A stretch of 64,000 bases of DNA from Oscillospiraceae bacterium (GTDB lineage Bacteria; Bacillota; Clostridia; Oscillospirales; CAG-272), in NCBI GenBank assembly GCA_015064585.1, contig SVRY01000006.1, forward strand, positions 2,209 to 66,208, in the 5' to 3' direction. This document shows positions 9,522 to 20,246 of the stretch, piece by piece (position 1 is the first letter of the stretch; every line of letters begins with the position of its first letter). The notes beneath the pieces are model-generated. The model did not search any database, was not told the origin of the DNA, and saw only the letters and a list, made by a program, of their open reading frames with translations. Made by a program: the position numbers and the translations under genes.

Positions 9522-10317
9522 TAAATTCACCTTTTTCAAGTATGTATGTATATGTGTCAAAGGGCGTACCGTCTTCGCACATGAGAATCAGCGGCGGCGT
9601 GCAATAAAGCCCTTCTTTTCCGCCGCGTTTTGCTTCGGTCAGTACGAGACTGGGGGTATGCCGATGGTCACGATATACCATTGTCATGCGTTTGGGCGCA
9701 AATCCTGTTTCCCGTAGTGCGGCAAACAGTGATTCCAAACGGTCGGGACGGTAGACGCTGACAAAGGAACCGCCAAATTTGGTAAGCTTTGCGGCAACAC
9801 GGCAAAAATCAAAAATAGTACCGTTTTCTTCATGGCGGGCAGTTTGACGAGCATCGCTGGGGGACACCTTCCCTTCGCCTGATTTCATATAAGGAGGATT
9901 GGAAAAAACGCAATCGACACTGCCCGGGGGGATATCGTTTTGCAGCAGGCGAATGTCTTTTTGCAGGATCGTTACTGTGTTTTCCATTTGATTTGCCGCT
10001 ACATTTTGTTTGGCAAGAGAAGCAGCGCCGGTTTGGATCTCCACTGCATATATTTTGGAGAAAGCGCGGCGGCGGGCAGCCAGCAACGATACGACTCCAT
10101 TGCCGGCTCCCAATTCCAAAGCGGTGCCGTATGGCATCTTGGGCAGATAAGCGGAAAGGAGCAGTGCATCGGTTCCAAACATAAATCCGTTCGGATCCTG
10201 CAACAGCGTTATGTCATGATTGATCACATTGGTGTGTGGCTGTAATGTCGCTTCGATGGCAAACACCTCCCGGAATGAAAATAAGGGATGATGCACCAAA
10301 GGTACGCCATCCCTCAT
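9481..10317 (-). CDS. tRNA1(Val) adenine37-N6 methyltransferase-like (YabB) SAM methyltransferase
   Basis: FGTDALLL, LELGAGNG, NPPY and ARHE motifs. True start is uncertain, possibly 10257. Confidence 0.88.
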   Translation of the reverse strand: MRDGVPLVHHPLFSFREVFAIEATLQPHTNVINHDITLLQDPNGFMFGTDALLLSAYLPKMPYGTALELGAGNGVVSLLAARRRAFSKIYAVEIQTGAASLAKQNVAANQMENTVTILQKDIRLLQNDIPPGSVDCVFSNPPYMKSGEGKVSPSDARQTARHEENGTIFDFCRVAAKLTKFGGSFVSVYRPDRLESLFAALRETGFAPKRMTMVYRDHRHTPSLVLTEAKRGGKEGLYCTPPLILMCEDGTPFDTYTYILEKGEFNEQFRIPIGRRKE

Positions 10318-10341
10318 TAAATTTGAACGAATATGCAGAGA

Positions 10342-10512
10342 TTATTCTGCAGAGGGTGCGCCTACAGGGCAAACGCCTGCGCAAGCACCGCAATCCAGAC
10401 ATTCATCAGGATTGATTACGTACGTACCGTCCTTTTCGCTGATAGCGTTAACAGGACATTCTGCAGCGCAAGCGCCGCAAGCAATGCATTCGCTGGAAAT
10501 CTTGTATGCCAT
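10342..10512 (-). CDS. 2[4Fe-4S] ferredoxin (56 aa, absent from the ORF track)
   Basis: Manual translation [56 protein letters not shown] gives two CxxCxxCxxxCP motifs; SD GGAGG. Confidence 0.95.
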   Translation of the reverse strand: MAYKISSECIACGACAAECPVNAISEKDGTYVINPDECLDCGACAGVCPVGAPSAE

Positions 10513-10599
10513 GGTTTGAATACCTCCGTATTTGTTTTCTTCATTCTAGCATATTTTTTTGAAAAATGCAAATGTTTTTTGAAATTTTTTTGTGGAATT

Positions 10600-12201
10600 T
10601 TATGAGGATTCGCCCGATTTTTTGTCTTTTTTGTCACGAGGCGGATAATTCTTTCGATTGGGATGGTTTCCGTCACGTTTTTTAGACGCATTTCCCTCCG
10701 TTTTGGAGGCGTCTTTTCCTTTTTGGATGCTGTATTTGCGTTCGATCTTCACGGGCTCTGTCTTATCGGTTTTATCTGTTTTTTCGACTTTTTCGATTTT
10801 ATCCGACTTTTCGTTTCGAACAGGCTTTTCTTGTTTGGCAATTTTTTCTTGGCGTTCGGTAGATTTATTATCGTTTTCAGGGGCTTTTTTTCTTTCCGAT
10901 GGTTCAAATTGCCGTTTGCGATGATTGGGGACGGGATTTTTGGATGATTGCTCCGCTTTTATGCCATCGGCAAGCTTGCTTGGTTTTTCTTTTGGCAAAG
11001 AGGGAGTCGGCTTGGGATCTTCAATGGGTTCGCCAGGTTGAATTATTTTTAATAAATCTCTGCTGAATACCATGGGAGCTGCATCGGGACTGTTGGCAAG
11101 CTGTACTTTTACAAGTCCGAGCAGCGGTTTGGTTTCAACTACGGTGCCTACGCCTTCGGGGGTTCTGACAAGGGAATCGACACGAGGAGTCAATTTCGCT
11201 TCTTCGCAATATACATCGTATTCATAGCGCAGACAGCACATCAAACGACCACACGCCCCCGAAATCTTGGCGGAGTTAAGGGATAGATTTTGTTCTTTTG
11301 CCATTTTAATGGAAACCTGGACAAAATCGGGCAGAAAGCTGTGACAGCAGAAAGGACGGCCGCAAACGCCAAGTCCGCCTAAGATCTTGGCTTCGTCACG
11401 AATACCCATTTGTCTGAGTTCTATTCTGCAACGGAAGACGGATGCCAGGTCCTTGACCAGATCGCGGAAGTCAACACGCCCTTCTGCAGTGAAGTAGAAG
11501 AGCAATTTGCTGTTGTCAAATGTGCATTCCACATCAATAAGCTTCATTTCCAGTCCGTGGGCGGCAACTTTCTTTTCCCATATTTCAACGGCATCGCTTT
11601 CTTTTTGCCTGTTTTCGGCATGATGGCGGTCATCGTCCGGTGTGGCGACCCGGAGTGCTTCGCGCAAAGGAAGCACCAGCTCAGAGGTAGGAACCATGCG
11701 ATTGGTCATGGCGACCTCTCCATATTCCACCCCGCGGGCAGTGTCTACAATGGCATGACAGCCAAGAGGGTAAGTCACGCCGCAGTTGTTGAAATAATAG
11801 ATCTTTCCCGATGTGCGGAAGCGAACCCCGATGACCTCGGTTAGTTCAGGTGTAGGATCGGAGTTTTCCGAATGCTCTTCGGTTTGAGGTTCTGCCGCCG
11901 ATTCGGTCGTGTCCTCATGACCGATATTGTCGGTAATTTGGATGTCTGCCGCTGTTTCAATCGATTCATCCGAAACGGATTCTTCGAATGTAAACAAAGA
12001 TGTTATTTCTTCCTGCTCATCGTAGGGTTCATCATTGCGAATGTCGGTGCCGAGAGTTTCTTCTAATACAGTTTGGTTTTCCTGTTCTTTGGGGCGTTTT
12101 TTGCCGGGATATCGTCCGTATTTACCGGGACGGCGGTTTTTATTTCCGCCATGCTTTTTGTAGGCGGCGGAAGTGTTCTCGTTTTTATTCTGTTCAGACA
12201 T
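10600..12201 (-). CDS. ricT: PSP1-domain / YaaT (RicT) stage 0 sporulation family protein
   Basis: GVRFRTSGKIYYF, FTAEGRVDFRDLVKDLA, GVCGRPFCC and ISGACGRLMCCLRYE motifs; follows holB. Confidence 0.92.
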   Translation of the reverse strand: MSEQNKNENTSAAYKKHGGNKNRRPGKYGRYPGKKRPKEQENQTVLEETLGTDIRNDEPYDEQEEITSLFTFEESVSDESIETAADIQITDNIGHEDTTESAAEPQTEEHSENSDPTPELTEVIGVRFRTSGKIYYFNNCGVTYPLGCHAIVDTARGVEYGEVAMTNRMVPTSELVLPLREALRVATPDDDRHHAENRQKESDAVEIWEKKVAAHGLEMKLIDVECTFDNSKLLFYFTAEGRVDFRDLVKDLASVFRCRIELRQMGIRDEAKILGGLGVCGRPFCCHSFLPDFVQVSIKMAKEQNLSLNSAKISGACGRLMCCLRYEYDVYCEEAKLTPRVDSLVRTPEGVGTVVETKPLLGLVKVQLANSPDAAPMVFSRDLLKIIQPGEPIEDPKPTPSLPKEKPSKLADGIKAEQSSKNPVPNHRKRQFEPSERKKAPENDNKSTERQEKIAKQEKPVRNEKSDKIEKVEKTDKTDKTEPVKIERKYSIQKGKDASKTEGNASKKRDGNHPNRKNYPPRDKKDKKSGESS

Positions 12202-12221
12202 AAAATTCTGTTACCTCGGTT

Positions 12222-13211
12222 TTAATTTTGTATAGCGCGGAACAGTTTGTCCGCAAGTAAAATTTGCGCACCCTTTAAATTGGGATTGCCGGTGAGTTGA
12301 AGTCTTGTTTGTTCAATTTCTGTTATGACACTGAGAATAGCGTAGGTTGTCAAATGAAAAGCGGCATTCAGCGCGGCACTCTCAGATAGATATAACTGCA
12401 TATCAATGGGGTTTCCGTGTCGGCAGGCGAGAATATCGCGAAGACCGAGTGCGGTTTTTAAAAGCAGATAGTCCAGTTCGCTTCGGCTGGAGGCGATCTT
12501 GGTACAGTATAAGAGCAGTGGTACGTATTCACCGCTGTCCAATAATGATATCAGTTTTAATGCGTTTTCTTGCATACGCAATTCGTCTTTATCATCGGTG
12601 TTATTATATAGGTTCCCGATGCATCCGTTGGCTTTTTTGATGGTACGCATAAAGCCTTCGGGATCTCTTTGCGAAAGCGATTGCCATTTGGGATCTTTTT
12701 TTGCATATAGCCCAAGTTCGTTTTCGCCAAAGATTTGCATACGGATTGTTTGAGCACGGGAACGAACGGTAGGCAGAAGTGCAGAGGAACTGTCGGTACA
12801 AAGGAAAAAGTATACGTTTTGCGGCGGATCCTCCAAAATCTTCAGTGCGGCATTTTGTGCAGCAGTGGTCATTGCTTGGCAATCGGTTAATATAAAAAAC
12901 TTTGCGTCCAGTTCGCTTGGCTTGATATAAACGGCGTTTTTGAGTGTTCGTATTGTATCTACGCCAATGGTCTTCTTTTTTTCGGCAAGACCGAAAAACA
13001 TCAGATCGGGGGAGTTTTCGGAAAGTATTTTGTCGGCAAACTGACTGTCTTTTTCTCTGGTGGCGGCAATTGCTTTTGCAAAGGTTCGTTTTCCGCTGCC
13101 GGCAGGGCCTTCCAAAATATAAGCGTGTGCCAGTTTGTTTTCCTTGATTGCACAGGTAAAATAACGAATGCTGTCGTTGTTTCCGTATATTGTATCAAAA
13201 TAGTTAATCAA
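12222..13211 (-). CDS. holB: DNA polymerase III subunit delta'
   Basis: HAYILEGPAGSGK, AQNAALKILEDPP and LLPTVRSRA motifs; holB-yaaT synteny. Confidence 0.9.
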   Translation of the reverse strand: MINYFDTIYGNNDSIRYFTCAIKENKLAHAYILEGPAGSGKRTFAKAIAATREKDSQFADKILSENSPDLMFFGLAEKKKTIGVDTIRTLKNAVYIKPSELDAKFFILTDCQAMTTAAQNAALKILEDPPQNVYFFLCTDSSSALLPTVRSRAQTIRMQIFGENELGLYAKKDPKWQSLSQRDPEGFMRTIKKANGCIGNLYNNTDDKDELRMQENALKLISLLDSGEYVPLLLYCTKIASSRSELDYLLLKTALGLRDILACRHGNPIDMQLYLSESAALNAAFHLTTYAILSVITEIEQTRLQLTGNPNLKGAQILLADKLFRAIQN

Positions 13212-14575
13212 TGGTTCTCCTTTTTATTCGTGTCAGGCGTGGTGGAGACAGAAGGAGGAAGATCATCGTCTTCATCCGGCACTTCCATAATTTGCTTGAC
13301 GATACGCAGATAGCGCATGCGTGCTACAATCAGTATATAGGCAACACAACAGAGAAACGTAATGGCAAGTGTCCACAAAAATCCGGAGGAAACCAAAAAA
13401 TTGCGTAGCCGCCGTGAGAATTGTTCCGAGTGATCTCGGGAAAGGGAGGAGGCGGTGATTAATTCCACCCGCGCGACTTCCTTGCCTTCTACATATACAA
13501 TTGCTTCTCCAACGATGAGTCCTGCTTTTACGGGAGCTGTCAATTTTTGAAAGTACATATCGGTTTCCACGGCGACGGCGGTGGAAAGATCCAGATACAG
13601 CGGAATGTAACAGGATACATCGCTTTTGGGAATGACGGTAATATAGTCGGATGCCCCGGCGAGTACTACTGAGATTTCTGCCAGTATGTTGGTTTTAGAA
13701 AGAACGGTTCGGTATCCGTACGCTTGTGAACTCCATTCAAAAAAGGCTTTGGCAATTTTGAAATTTTCAAATTTTGCAGCCCCCATGACGATACAAAGAT
13801 AATTTTCATTGTTGATGCGTGCGCTGGAAACAATACAGTATCCGGCGTTATCGGTGGCTCCCGCATTCATGCCTGTTGCGGGTTCGTAATAATAATCGGC
13901 ATAGGTTTGTTTGGACAAAAGATAATTACGGGTGTAGAGTGTTCTTTGCGTATGCTGAGACGTTTCGTCTACGGTATAACGCGCCATGCCCGCCAGCTCC
14001 ATATATATGGGGTTTTCAAATGCTTTTTTGGCAAGAATCAAAAGGTCGTTTGCGGTGGTAGACGGCGCTTCATCCAGCCCGGATACATTATAAAAAACAG
14101 TGTCTTTCATGCCAAGTGTATTGGCAGTGCGATTCATGCGGGAAATAAATGTATCAATACTGCCGTCTATGGCAAGGGCTAATGCGTAGGCTGCATCGTT
14201 GGCACCGGCAATAATCATACCGGCAAGCAGATCTTTGGCGGTGAGGGTTTCGTTTCGGCGAAGCTCCATGGAAAGGCCTGTGGATTCACGGATTACTTCG
14301 GCAGGAATTGTAATTTTGGTCTCAAGCGCGTCGGGTGAATCAGAAAAGTATTCAATGGCGATCAGTGCTACCATGATCTTGACAGTGGATGCAGGATAGA
14401 CCAATTTGTCGCATTCATGCGAAAAAACAAGGCTGTCGCTGTCCAGGTTGTAGACAAGGACACTGACAGCGCCGGATGTGTCAGGAGGGGATAATGGCTC
14501 AGCGGATGTCGGAAAAACGAAAAATGACAAAAGAAAAGCCAATACCAAGAGATATACTATAAGTTTATTTTTCAT
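13208..14575 (-). CDS. D-alanyl-D-alanine carboxypeptidase (peptidase S11)
   Basis: Signal peptide, PASTVK (SxxK), ANDAA and a C-terminal TM. The SxN and KTG positions look degenerate (GAN; MNAG). Confidence 0.85.
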   Translation of the reverse strand: MKNKLIVYLLVLAFLLSFFVFPTSAEPLSPPDTSGAVSVLVYNLDSDSLVFSHECDKLVYPASTVKIMVALIAIEYFSDSPDALETKITIPAEVIRESTGLSMELRRNETLTAKDLLAGMIIAGANDAAYALALAIDGSIDTFISRMNRTANTLGMKDTVFYNVSGLDEAPSTTANDLLILAKKAFENPIYMELAGMARYTVDETSQHTQRTLYTRNYLLSKQTYADYYYEPATGMNAGATDNAGYCIVSSARINNENYLCIVMGAAKFENFKIAKAFFEWSSQAYGYRTVLSKTNILAEISVVLAGASDYITVIPKSDVSCYIPLYLDLSTAVAVETDMYFQKLTAPVKAGLIVGEAIVYVEGKEVARVELITASSLSRDHSEQFSRRLRNFLVSSGFLWTLAITFLCCVAYILIVARMRYLRIVKQIMEVPDEDDDLPPSVSTTPDTNKKENH

Positions 14576-14577
14576 GT

Positions 14578-15504
14578 TCAGTCCCTTAATAGGATCGGAT
14601 CGGTACTTGCCATTTCATAGGCAGCAGTAATATCGCGGTGTACCGCTTCGGCAAGTGCGTTGCTGTCCCGGAATGCCGTCTCGGGCCGCAAAAAATGAAT
14701 GAGTTCCACGGTGACTGCCTGTTGATACAGATCACCCGAAAAATTGAGCAGATGAGCTTCCAAAACAGGTTCGGCAGGGCAATCCGAAAAAGTGGGGCGC
14801 ATACCGATATTGGAAACTGCACCGTATATGCCGCTTTCTGTGATTACTCTGCTATAGTATACCCCGTTTTTAGGAATCAATTTTCCATCTTGAAAAGAAA
14901 GATTCAAAGTAGGAAAGCCGAGCGTTCTTCCGATTGCACGGCCGTGGCTGACTGTACCCGTGACAAAATAAGGCTGCTCTAACAGCTCGTTTGCTTCTTG
15001 GATATACCCTTGCAGCAGTAATGAACGAATGCGAGTGCTGGATACGGGGCTGCCGTTGATATTGACCTCCGATTGTATCAGAGTGCGCCGCCCCAGTTCG
15101 GTCATTAGCCGATGCAGTAAAGCGCTGTCCCCCGCTGCTTGATGACCAAATGAGAAATTGTATCCGCAGACTGCGGTATGACAATTGAGGGTGCGACACA
15201 GGATCTCTGTCACAAACTGCTCCGGAGAAAGATCCTTGATTTTTTCAAAATCAGCAAGAATAACACAGTCGGCGCCCAGATGATACAGCAGGCGCTTCTT
15301 CTCGTTGGCGGGAGTAAGAAGAGATTGCCCCTTTTTGGCTTCCGGAGAATACACAACAAGCGGAAGAGCCAAGCGGGACGCCTGTTCTTTTGCGCAGGAA
15401 AAAATCTTTCGATGCCCCGTGTGCAGTCCATCGAAACATCCCAGTGCTGCCACGCAGCCCGTTGCCGCAATATCAGAGACCGAGATAGGAGCGGACGAGA
15501 ACAT
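14578..15504 (-). CDS. ribF: Bifunctional riboflavin kinase/FAD synthetase
   Basis: [35 protein letters not shown] and EAHLL motifs. Confidence 0.96.
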   Translation of the reverse strand: MFSSAPISVSDIAATGCVAALGCFDGLHTGHRKIFSCAKEQASRLALPLVVYSPEAKKGQSLLTPANEKKRLLYHLGADCVILADFEKIKDLSPEQFVTEILCRTLNCHTAVCGYNFSFGHQAAGDSALLHRLMTELGRRTLIQSEVNINGSPVSSTRIRSLLLQGYIQEANELLEQPYFVTGTVSHGRAIGRTLGFPTLNLSFQDGKLIPKNGVYYSRVITESGIYGAVSNIGMRPTFSDCPAEPVLEAHLLNFSGDLYQQAVTVELIHFLRPETAFRDSNALAEAVHRDITAAYEMASTDPILLRD

Positions 15505-15721
15505 TCAGCAGTTCATCTCTGTCGATCTTGCAGATCAGACTTCTGGCATTGTTGTGATTGGTGATGTAGGTGGGTTCTTCGGTGAGAATATACCCTACGA
15601 TCTGATTGATGGGATTATATCCCTTTTCCCTAAGAGAATTATAGACATTTTGCAGAGTTGCACGAATTTCTTTTTCTCTTTCTTCCCGAATAGGAAATGT
15701 GAGCGTTTTGTCGTTTTTCAT
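15473..15721 (-). CDS. IreB/DUF965 family regulatory phosphoprotein
   Basis: [29 protein letters not shown] motif. Confidence 0.93.
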   Translation of the reverse strand: MKNDKTLTFPIREEREKEIRATLQNVYNSLREKGYNPINQIVGYILTEEPTYITNHNNARSLICKIDRDELLNVLVRSYLGL

Positions 15722-15937
15722 AGACTACCTCATGCGCCAAAGGCAATGTAAATATAAAAAACATTTAATTAAAAATGAATCATATATAGAATACACTATT
15801 TGTAACAAAAAATCAAGAGAAAATCGAAAGATTTTATAAGTATAGGAATAATAAGAAATTTTAAGAAAGGACTTTACAAAACAAGAAAAACAGTGTATAA
15901 TAATAAAGAATAGTGCTACACTGTATAGAATATATCA

Positions 15938-16155
15938 AAGCAATGAACAGGAAAAATCCGTGCAATGATCCCGGTTGCAGAGAATGACCGCCCAGGCTGA
16001 AAGCGGACATCGAGGGATGTGCGGCGTGCGCCTGTTGGCTACAGGTGCGAAAGATGATCCGGTAGTGCCTGCCGTTTCCCGCGTTAAGGGGCTCAAGTTA
16101 CAAATCAGAGTGGAACCGCGGAAACGCCTCTTGGATCGTTTCTGTGGTTTTTGTA
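15938..16155 (+). promoter_or_regulatory. T-box riboswitch (Cys specifier)
   Basis: Stem I with AGAGA and GCTGAAA motifs and specifier TGC before CCTGTT. T-box AGAGTGGAACCGCG (16107-16120), antiterminator partner CGCCTCT, terminator AACCGCGGAAACG/CGTTTCTGTGGTT plus T-run. Lies upstream of cysE-cysS. Confidence 0.92.
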
Positions 16156-16172
16156 TTTTGGGAGTGTTGAAT

Positions 16173-16928
16173 TTGAAAATAACCGTAAAAAGGAAAAACA
16201 AAATTGTGGCACAGGTGCGCTTGCCGATTGCATTCAATGCGGCATCGAATACGCATGAAACGAAAATTCCGTTTGGCGAATCGGTGCAACAGGATGTGCG
16301 GGCGATCAGAGAGCGAGATCCTGCGGCGACCAGCGATGTTGAAGTGATGCTTTTGTATTCCGGACTGCATGCAACCTTGGCGCACCGTGCCGCACATGCG
16401 TTGCAGATGAAGGGGCATCGATTTACAGCGCGGTTTGTCAGCCAAAGCGCTCGTATGCTTACCGGTGTGGAGATCCATCCGGGAGCCAAAATCGGAAAAG
16501 GCTTATTTATTGACCACGGTACAGGGGTGGTGATCGGTGAAACTACCGAGATCGGCGATAACTGTACTATTTACCAAGGAGTGACCCTTGGAGGAACAGG
16601 CAAAGATGTCGGAAAACGCCATCCGACGCTTGGAAATAATGTAATGGTAGGAGCAGGTGCCAAAGTGCTTGGTCCTGTCAAAATCGGTGACAATGTCAAA
16701 ATAGCAGCAGGCGCTGTGGTACTGCAGGATATTCCCGATAATTGTACTGCCGTGGGCATACCTGCGCGTATTGTGCGAAGAGGTAATATGAAAATTGCGG
16801 ATCTTGACCAGATCCATATTCCCGACCCGGTTTCTCAGGAGCTGTGCCGCCTGCAACACCGTATAGAACTATTGGAAATGGCGCAAAACAAAATGAAGAA
16901 CGGAGACGATCAAAATGAAACTGTATAA
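16173..16928 (+). CDS. cysE: Serine O-acetyltransferase
   Basis: [21 protein letters not shown] and GKRHPT hexapeptide-repeat motifs; TTG start after GGAG, downstream of the T-box. Confidence 0.93.
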   Translation: MKITVKRKNKIVAQVRLPIAFNAASNTHETKIPFGESVQQDVRAIRERDPAATSDVEVMLLYSGLHATLAHRAAHALQMKGHRFTARFVSQSARMLTGVEIHPGAKIGKGLFIDHGTGVVIGETTEIGDNCTIYQGVTLGGTGKDVGKRHPTLGNNVMVGAGAKVLGPVKIGDNVKIAAGAVVLQDIPDNCTAVGIPARIVRRGNMKIADLDQIHIPDPVSQELCRLQHRIELLEMAQNKMKNGDDQNETV

Positions 16929-18345
16929 TTCTTTGACAAGACAAAAGGATGAATTTATTCCCCACGAGCCCGGAAAGGTCAGCATGTATACCTGCGGACC
17001 TACGGTATATCATTTCGCTCATATCGGAAATTTGCGCAGCTATATCATGGAAGATGTGCTGGAGCGTTATCTGCGTTATGCGGGATACGATGTCACCCGT
17101 GTTATGAACATTACAGATGTGGGACATTTGTCCAGCGACGGCGATACCGGTGAAGATAAGATGCTTAAGGGCGCCAAGAGAGAAAAGAAGACCGTTTTGG
17201 AGATTGCAAAGTTTTATACCGATGCATTTTTTGAAGACTGCAAAGCGCTTAACATCAAAACCCCCGATGTGGTGCAGCCTGCCACAGGGTGTATTGATGA
17301 ATTTATTCATACCATCACTGTTCTTTTGGAAAAAGGGTATGCGTATGAAGCGGGCGGAAATATTTATTTTGACACTTCGAAATTAAAGCAGTACTATGTA
17401 TTTAACGATTTTGAAGAAGAAGATTTGGCAGTGGGTGTACGAGAAGGCGTAGAAGCCGATAGTAATAAACGAAACAAGGCGGATTTCGTTTTGTGGTTTA
17501 CAAAGTCTAAGTTTGATGATCAGGAACTGAAATGGGACAGTCCCTTTGGCCTTGGTTATCCCGGCTGGCATATTGAATGCTCCTGCATTTCCATGAAGTA
17601 TTTGGGTGAGTATTTGGATATCCACTGCGGCGGTATTGACAACGCATTCCCGCACCATACCAATGAAATTGCTCAGAGCGAAGCTTACATCGGACATGAA
17701 TGGTGCAAATATTGGTTCCATGTGCACCATTTGAATACCAATTCGGGAAAAATGAGTAAGAGCAAGGGAGAGTTCCTGACTGTTTCTTTGTTGAAAGAAA
17801 AGGGATATGACCCGTTGGTATACCGCTTCTTCTGCCTGCAATCCCATTACCGCAAGGGTTTGGTATTCAGCTACGAAAATTTGGACAATGCGGCTACTGC
17901 ATATAAAAAACTGGTTGCCAGAATTGCATCGCTTCTGCCCGAGGGCAAGAAGAGCAGTGTAGATGCGGCAAAATTGGCTGAAATTAAGAAGACATTTGCC
18001 GATGCCATGGACAATGACTTAAACACATCTCTTGCAGTTACCGCACTTTACGATGTGCTCAAGGCAGATGCCAATGCCGCCACCAAATTGCAGGCAATTG
18101 CGGATATGGATACAGTGCTGCAATTAAATCTGCTGTCGGCTGCCGAATCCGCTACTGAACCCCAAAAGGAAGAAAACGGATTGGATGCGCAGTTGGTTGC
18201 CTGGATTGAGGAACGCATTGCTGCAAGAGCAAATGCCAAAAAGCAAAAAAATTATGCCGAAGCGGATGCTATTCGTGCAGAGCTTTTGGCAAGCGGCATT
18301 GAGATCACCGATACCAAGGATGGTGTAAAATACAAAAAGATCTGA
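16915..18345 (+). CDS. cysS: Cysteine--tRNA ligase
   Basis: [18 protein letters not shown] and KMSKS motifs. Confidence 0.98.
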   Translation: MKLYNSLTRQKDEFIPHEPGKVSMYTCGPTVYHFAHIGNLRSYIMEDVLERYLRYAGYDVTRVMNITDVGHLSSDGDTGEDKMLKGAKREKKTVLEIAKFYTDAFFEDCKALNIKTPDVVQPATGCIDEFIHTITVLLEKGYAYEAGGNIYFDTSKLKQYYVFNDFEEEDLAVGVREGVEADSNKRNKADFVLWFTKSKFDDQELKWDSPFGLGYPGWHIECSCISMKYLGEYLDIHCGGIDNAFPHHTNEIAQSEAYIGHEWCKYWFHVHHLNTNSGKMSKSKGEFLTVSLLKEKGYDPLVYRFFCLQSHYRKGLVFSYENLDNAATAYKKLVARIASLLPEGKKSSVDAAKLAEIKKTFADAMDNDLNTSLAVTALYDVLKADANAATKLQAIADMDTVLQLNLLSAAESATEPQKEENGLDAQLVAWIEERIAARANAKKQKNYAEADAIRAELLASGIEITDTKDGVKYKKI

Positions 18346-18375
18346 TTGATTAAAAATTGGAAAAGGGGGAAACGT

Positions 18376-19590
18376 ATGAGAATAACTAAAATGATACGGC
18401 TTGCATGCCTTGTACTGGCATTGATGATGCTTTTGACCTCCTGCGAAATCTTTCAAAGAAAAAAATCATTCGATACAAAACAGCCCACTGTTTCCGATAA
18501 GGAACCGCCTGAGCCAAGTGTTTCGGACGATGATAATAAGGAAGAAATATCCGTTCAAACGCCGGAAGAACTGCTGGACAGTCTTCGCATGTTTGATTTT
18601 GAAGGAACAGCGATTATGATTGCAGTGCCTGAAAATGCGTATCTTTTGGCGGATTCGACAATGTCGACTGTTTTGGATGTGATTGAAAAGAAATATAACG
18701 GAAAGATCACTTTGAGCGAATACTCCAAGGGTCATATGTATTATGGCGTAAAGAGTATGGTGGAAAAGGTTGGTGTGTCAGAATATTTTGCCGATCTTTT
18801 GATTCTGTCGGCAACAGAATATTTTCGGTTCAAAGACGCAGATCTTTTGGAACGATTGGAAACTCTGCCGTTTATGAATCCGAATGACGATTGTTTTGAT
18901 GCCGCCATGACAGAATTGTTTTCCGATGATACCGGAACATACGGTATTGTGGGGGACGGTTCTCAGCTTTTCAAAAGCCAGATCGTTTTGTATGTGAATT
19001 TTGAATTGTTGGCTGCTGTGGATATGAAATTTGACGGTTATGCCATGGCAGAGCGGGGAACTTGGGATATGCAAGCCCTTTGCAAAGTATTGGCGGCGTA
19101 TGAAAGCGTTGCCGGGAAAACTGCACTTGCCTCTTCTGTTTCGTCAGAAATGATATCCCATTTGACAACCGCATTGGCACAGCAAGGATCGTTTGAAGAT
19201 CTTTCCATTGAACTGCACGGTGCAGACGGACGTACTGCGTTCATGATGGGAAGAATTCCGTTTTTGATCGGAACGGTGGGTGATATGGAGCTGATGACCA
19301 AAGCGAGGGATTCTTACGGTATGTTGCCCGTTCCTTATACCGAAAACGGAGAATACAAAACATTCTACGACATGGACAGTGTATACGTGTTCTGCATTCC
19401 CAAGGGAAGCAGTCGTTCGGATTGTACGGGGGCTTTGTTGGAAGCCTACCACACTGCGTCAAAGTATCTGCCGTATCAGTACTTTACAGATAATTTGATT
19501 GAAAAATATGCGCGCCAGGAAGGAACGATCAAAATGATCGCCATGATCGGTAAAGAGGGATACCCTTTGCCCCATAAAATTGAAGAATAA
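18376..19590 (+). CDS. Lipoprotein, divergent extracellular solute-binding-like
   Basis: Lipobox LTSC; segments GTWD and YGMLPVP resemble family-1 solute-binding proteins. Confidence 0.65.
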   Translation: MRITKMIRLACLVLALMMLLTSCEIFQRKKSFDTKQPTVSDKEPPEPSVSDDDNKEEISVQTPEELLDSLRMFDFEGTAIMIAVPENAYLLADSTMSTVLDVIEKKYNGKITLSEYSKGHMYYGVKSMVEKVGVSEYFADLLILSATEYFRFKDADLLERLETLPFMNPNDDCFDAAMTELFSDDTGTYGIVGDGSQLFKSQIVLYVNFELLAAVDMKFDGYAMAERGTWDMQALCKVLAAYESVAGKTALASSVSSEMISHLTTALAQQGSFEDLSIELHGADGRTAFMMGRIPFLIGTVGDMELMTKARDSYGMLPVPYTENGEYKTFYDMDSVYVFCIPKGSSRSDCTGALLEAYHTASKYLPYQYFTDNLIEKYARQEGTIKMIAMIGKEGYPLPHKIEE

Positions 19591-19634
19591 GATTGCCGCG
19601 GCTTTCCATCATTGTGAAGCCGCGGCTGTGTCTA

Positions 19635-20246
19635 TTATGCAAATGATTGACGGGATGCTATTTCGCGCATTGCCGCCAATACCTCATGGATTCCGCATAG
19701 ACGGCAATCGATCCCGCAGGAGGGCAGAAAAATCTCCAATTCTGTTTTAGGTTCGAATTTATGGTCATAATTTCCAAGATATGCGGAAAGACTTTCGACG
19801 ATCAGACGTTTGTAATAAATGTCCATATCGGAGCGCAATGTTTTATTCAGCTTGCTCCATAGTTCGCACGCTTCGTCCAGAGCTTTGTTTGCCATGCCTC
19901 TGCCGTCTTCGTAAATTTGATGGATATTTTCGGTTTTCAAACGGTTCATCGCAGCTTGCGGTGTGCCGGAGGATTTTAAAGCGGCTTCGATATGAAAAAG
20001 GATATTGTCAAACAGTGTCTTTGCGGTTTCTTCCTTGACAGATGTGGATCTGCCCTTGGAGATGCAGAGAATATTTTCTGCCAATATGTTGAGAATACCT
20101 GTGTGCACAGCGTCAAATTCGTCCTGCGTTAATATTCCCAAACGTGCGCCTTCTGCTATCAAAGAGAGAACAAAATTTTTAGGATCAATGAAAAAAGGTT
20201 CAGAAATCGTCGGCGTAGGTGCCGGTATAATCGGGAGCTGTGTCAT
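19635..20246 (-). CDS. DUF6179-like hypothetical protein
   Basis: GRSTSVKEETAKTLFDNILF..IYEDG pattern recalled from this family; coupled to the upstream DUF6323-like gene. Confidence 0.6.
   Translation of the reverse strand: MTQLPIIPAPTPTISEPFFIDPKNFVLSLIAEGARLGILTQDEFDAVHTGILNILAENILCISKGRSTSVKEETAKTLFDNILFHIEAALKSSGTPQAAMNRLKTENIHQIYEDGRGMANKALDEACELWSKLNKTLRSDMDIYYKRLIVESLSAYLGNYDHKFEPKTELEIFLPSCGIDCRLCGIHEVLAAMREIASRQSFA

Noticed and set aside
15975-16172. N-terminal extension of cysE in the ORF track
   Set aside because: Overlaps the T-box leader and its terminator; an SD-supported start is at 16173.
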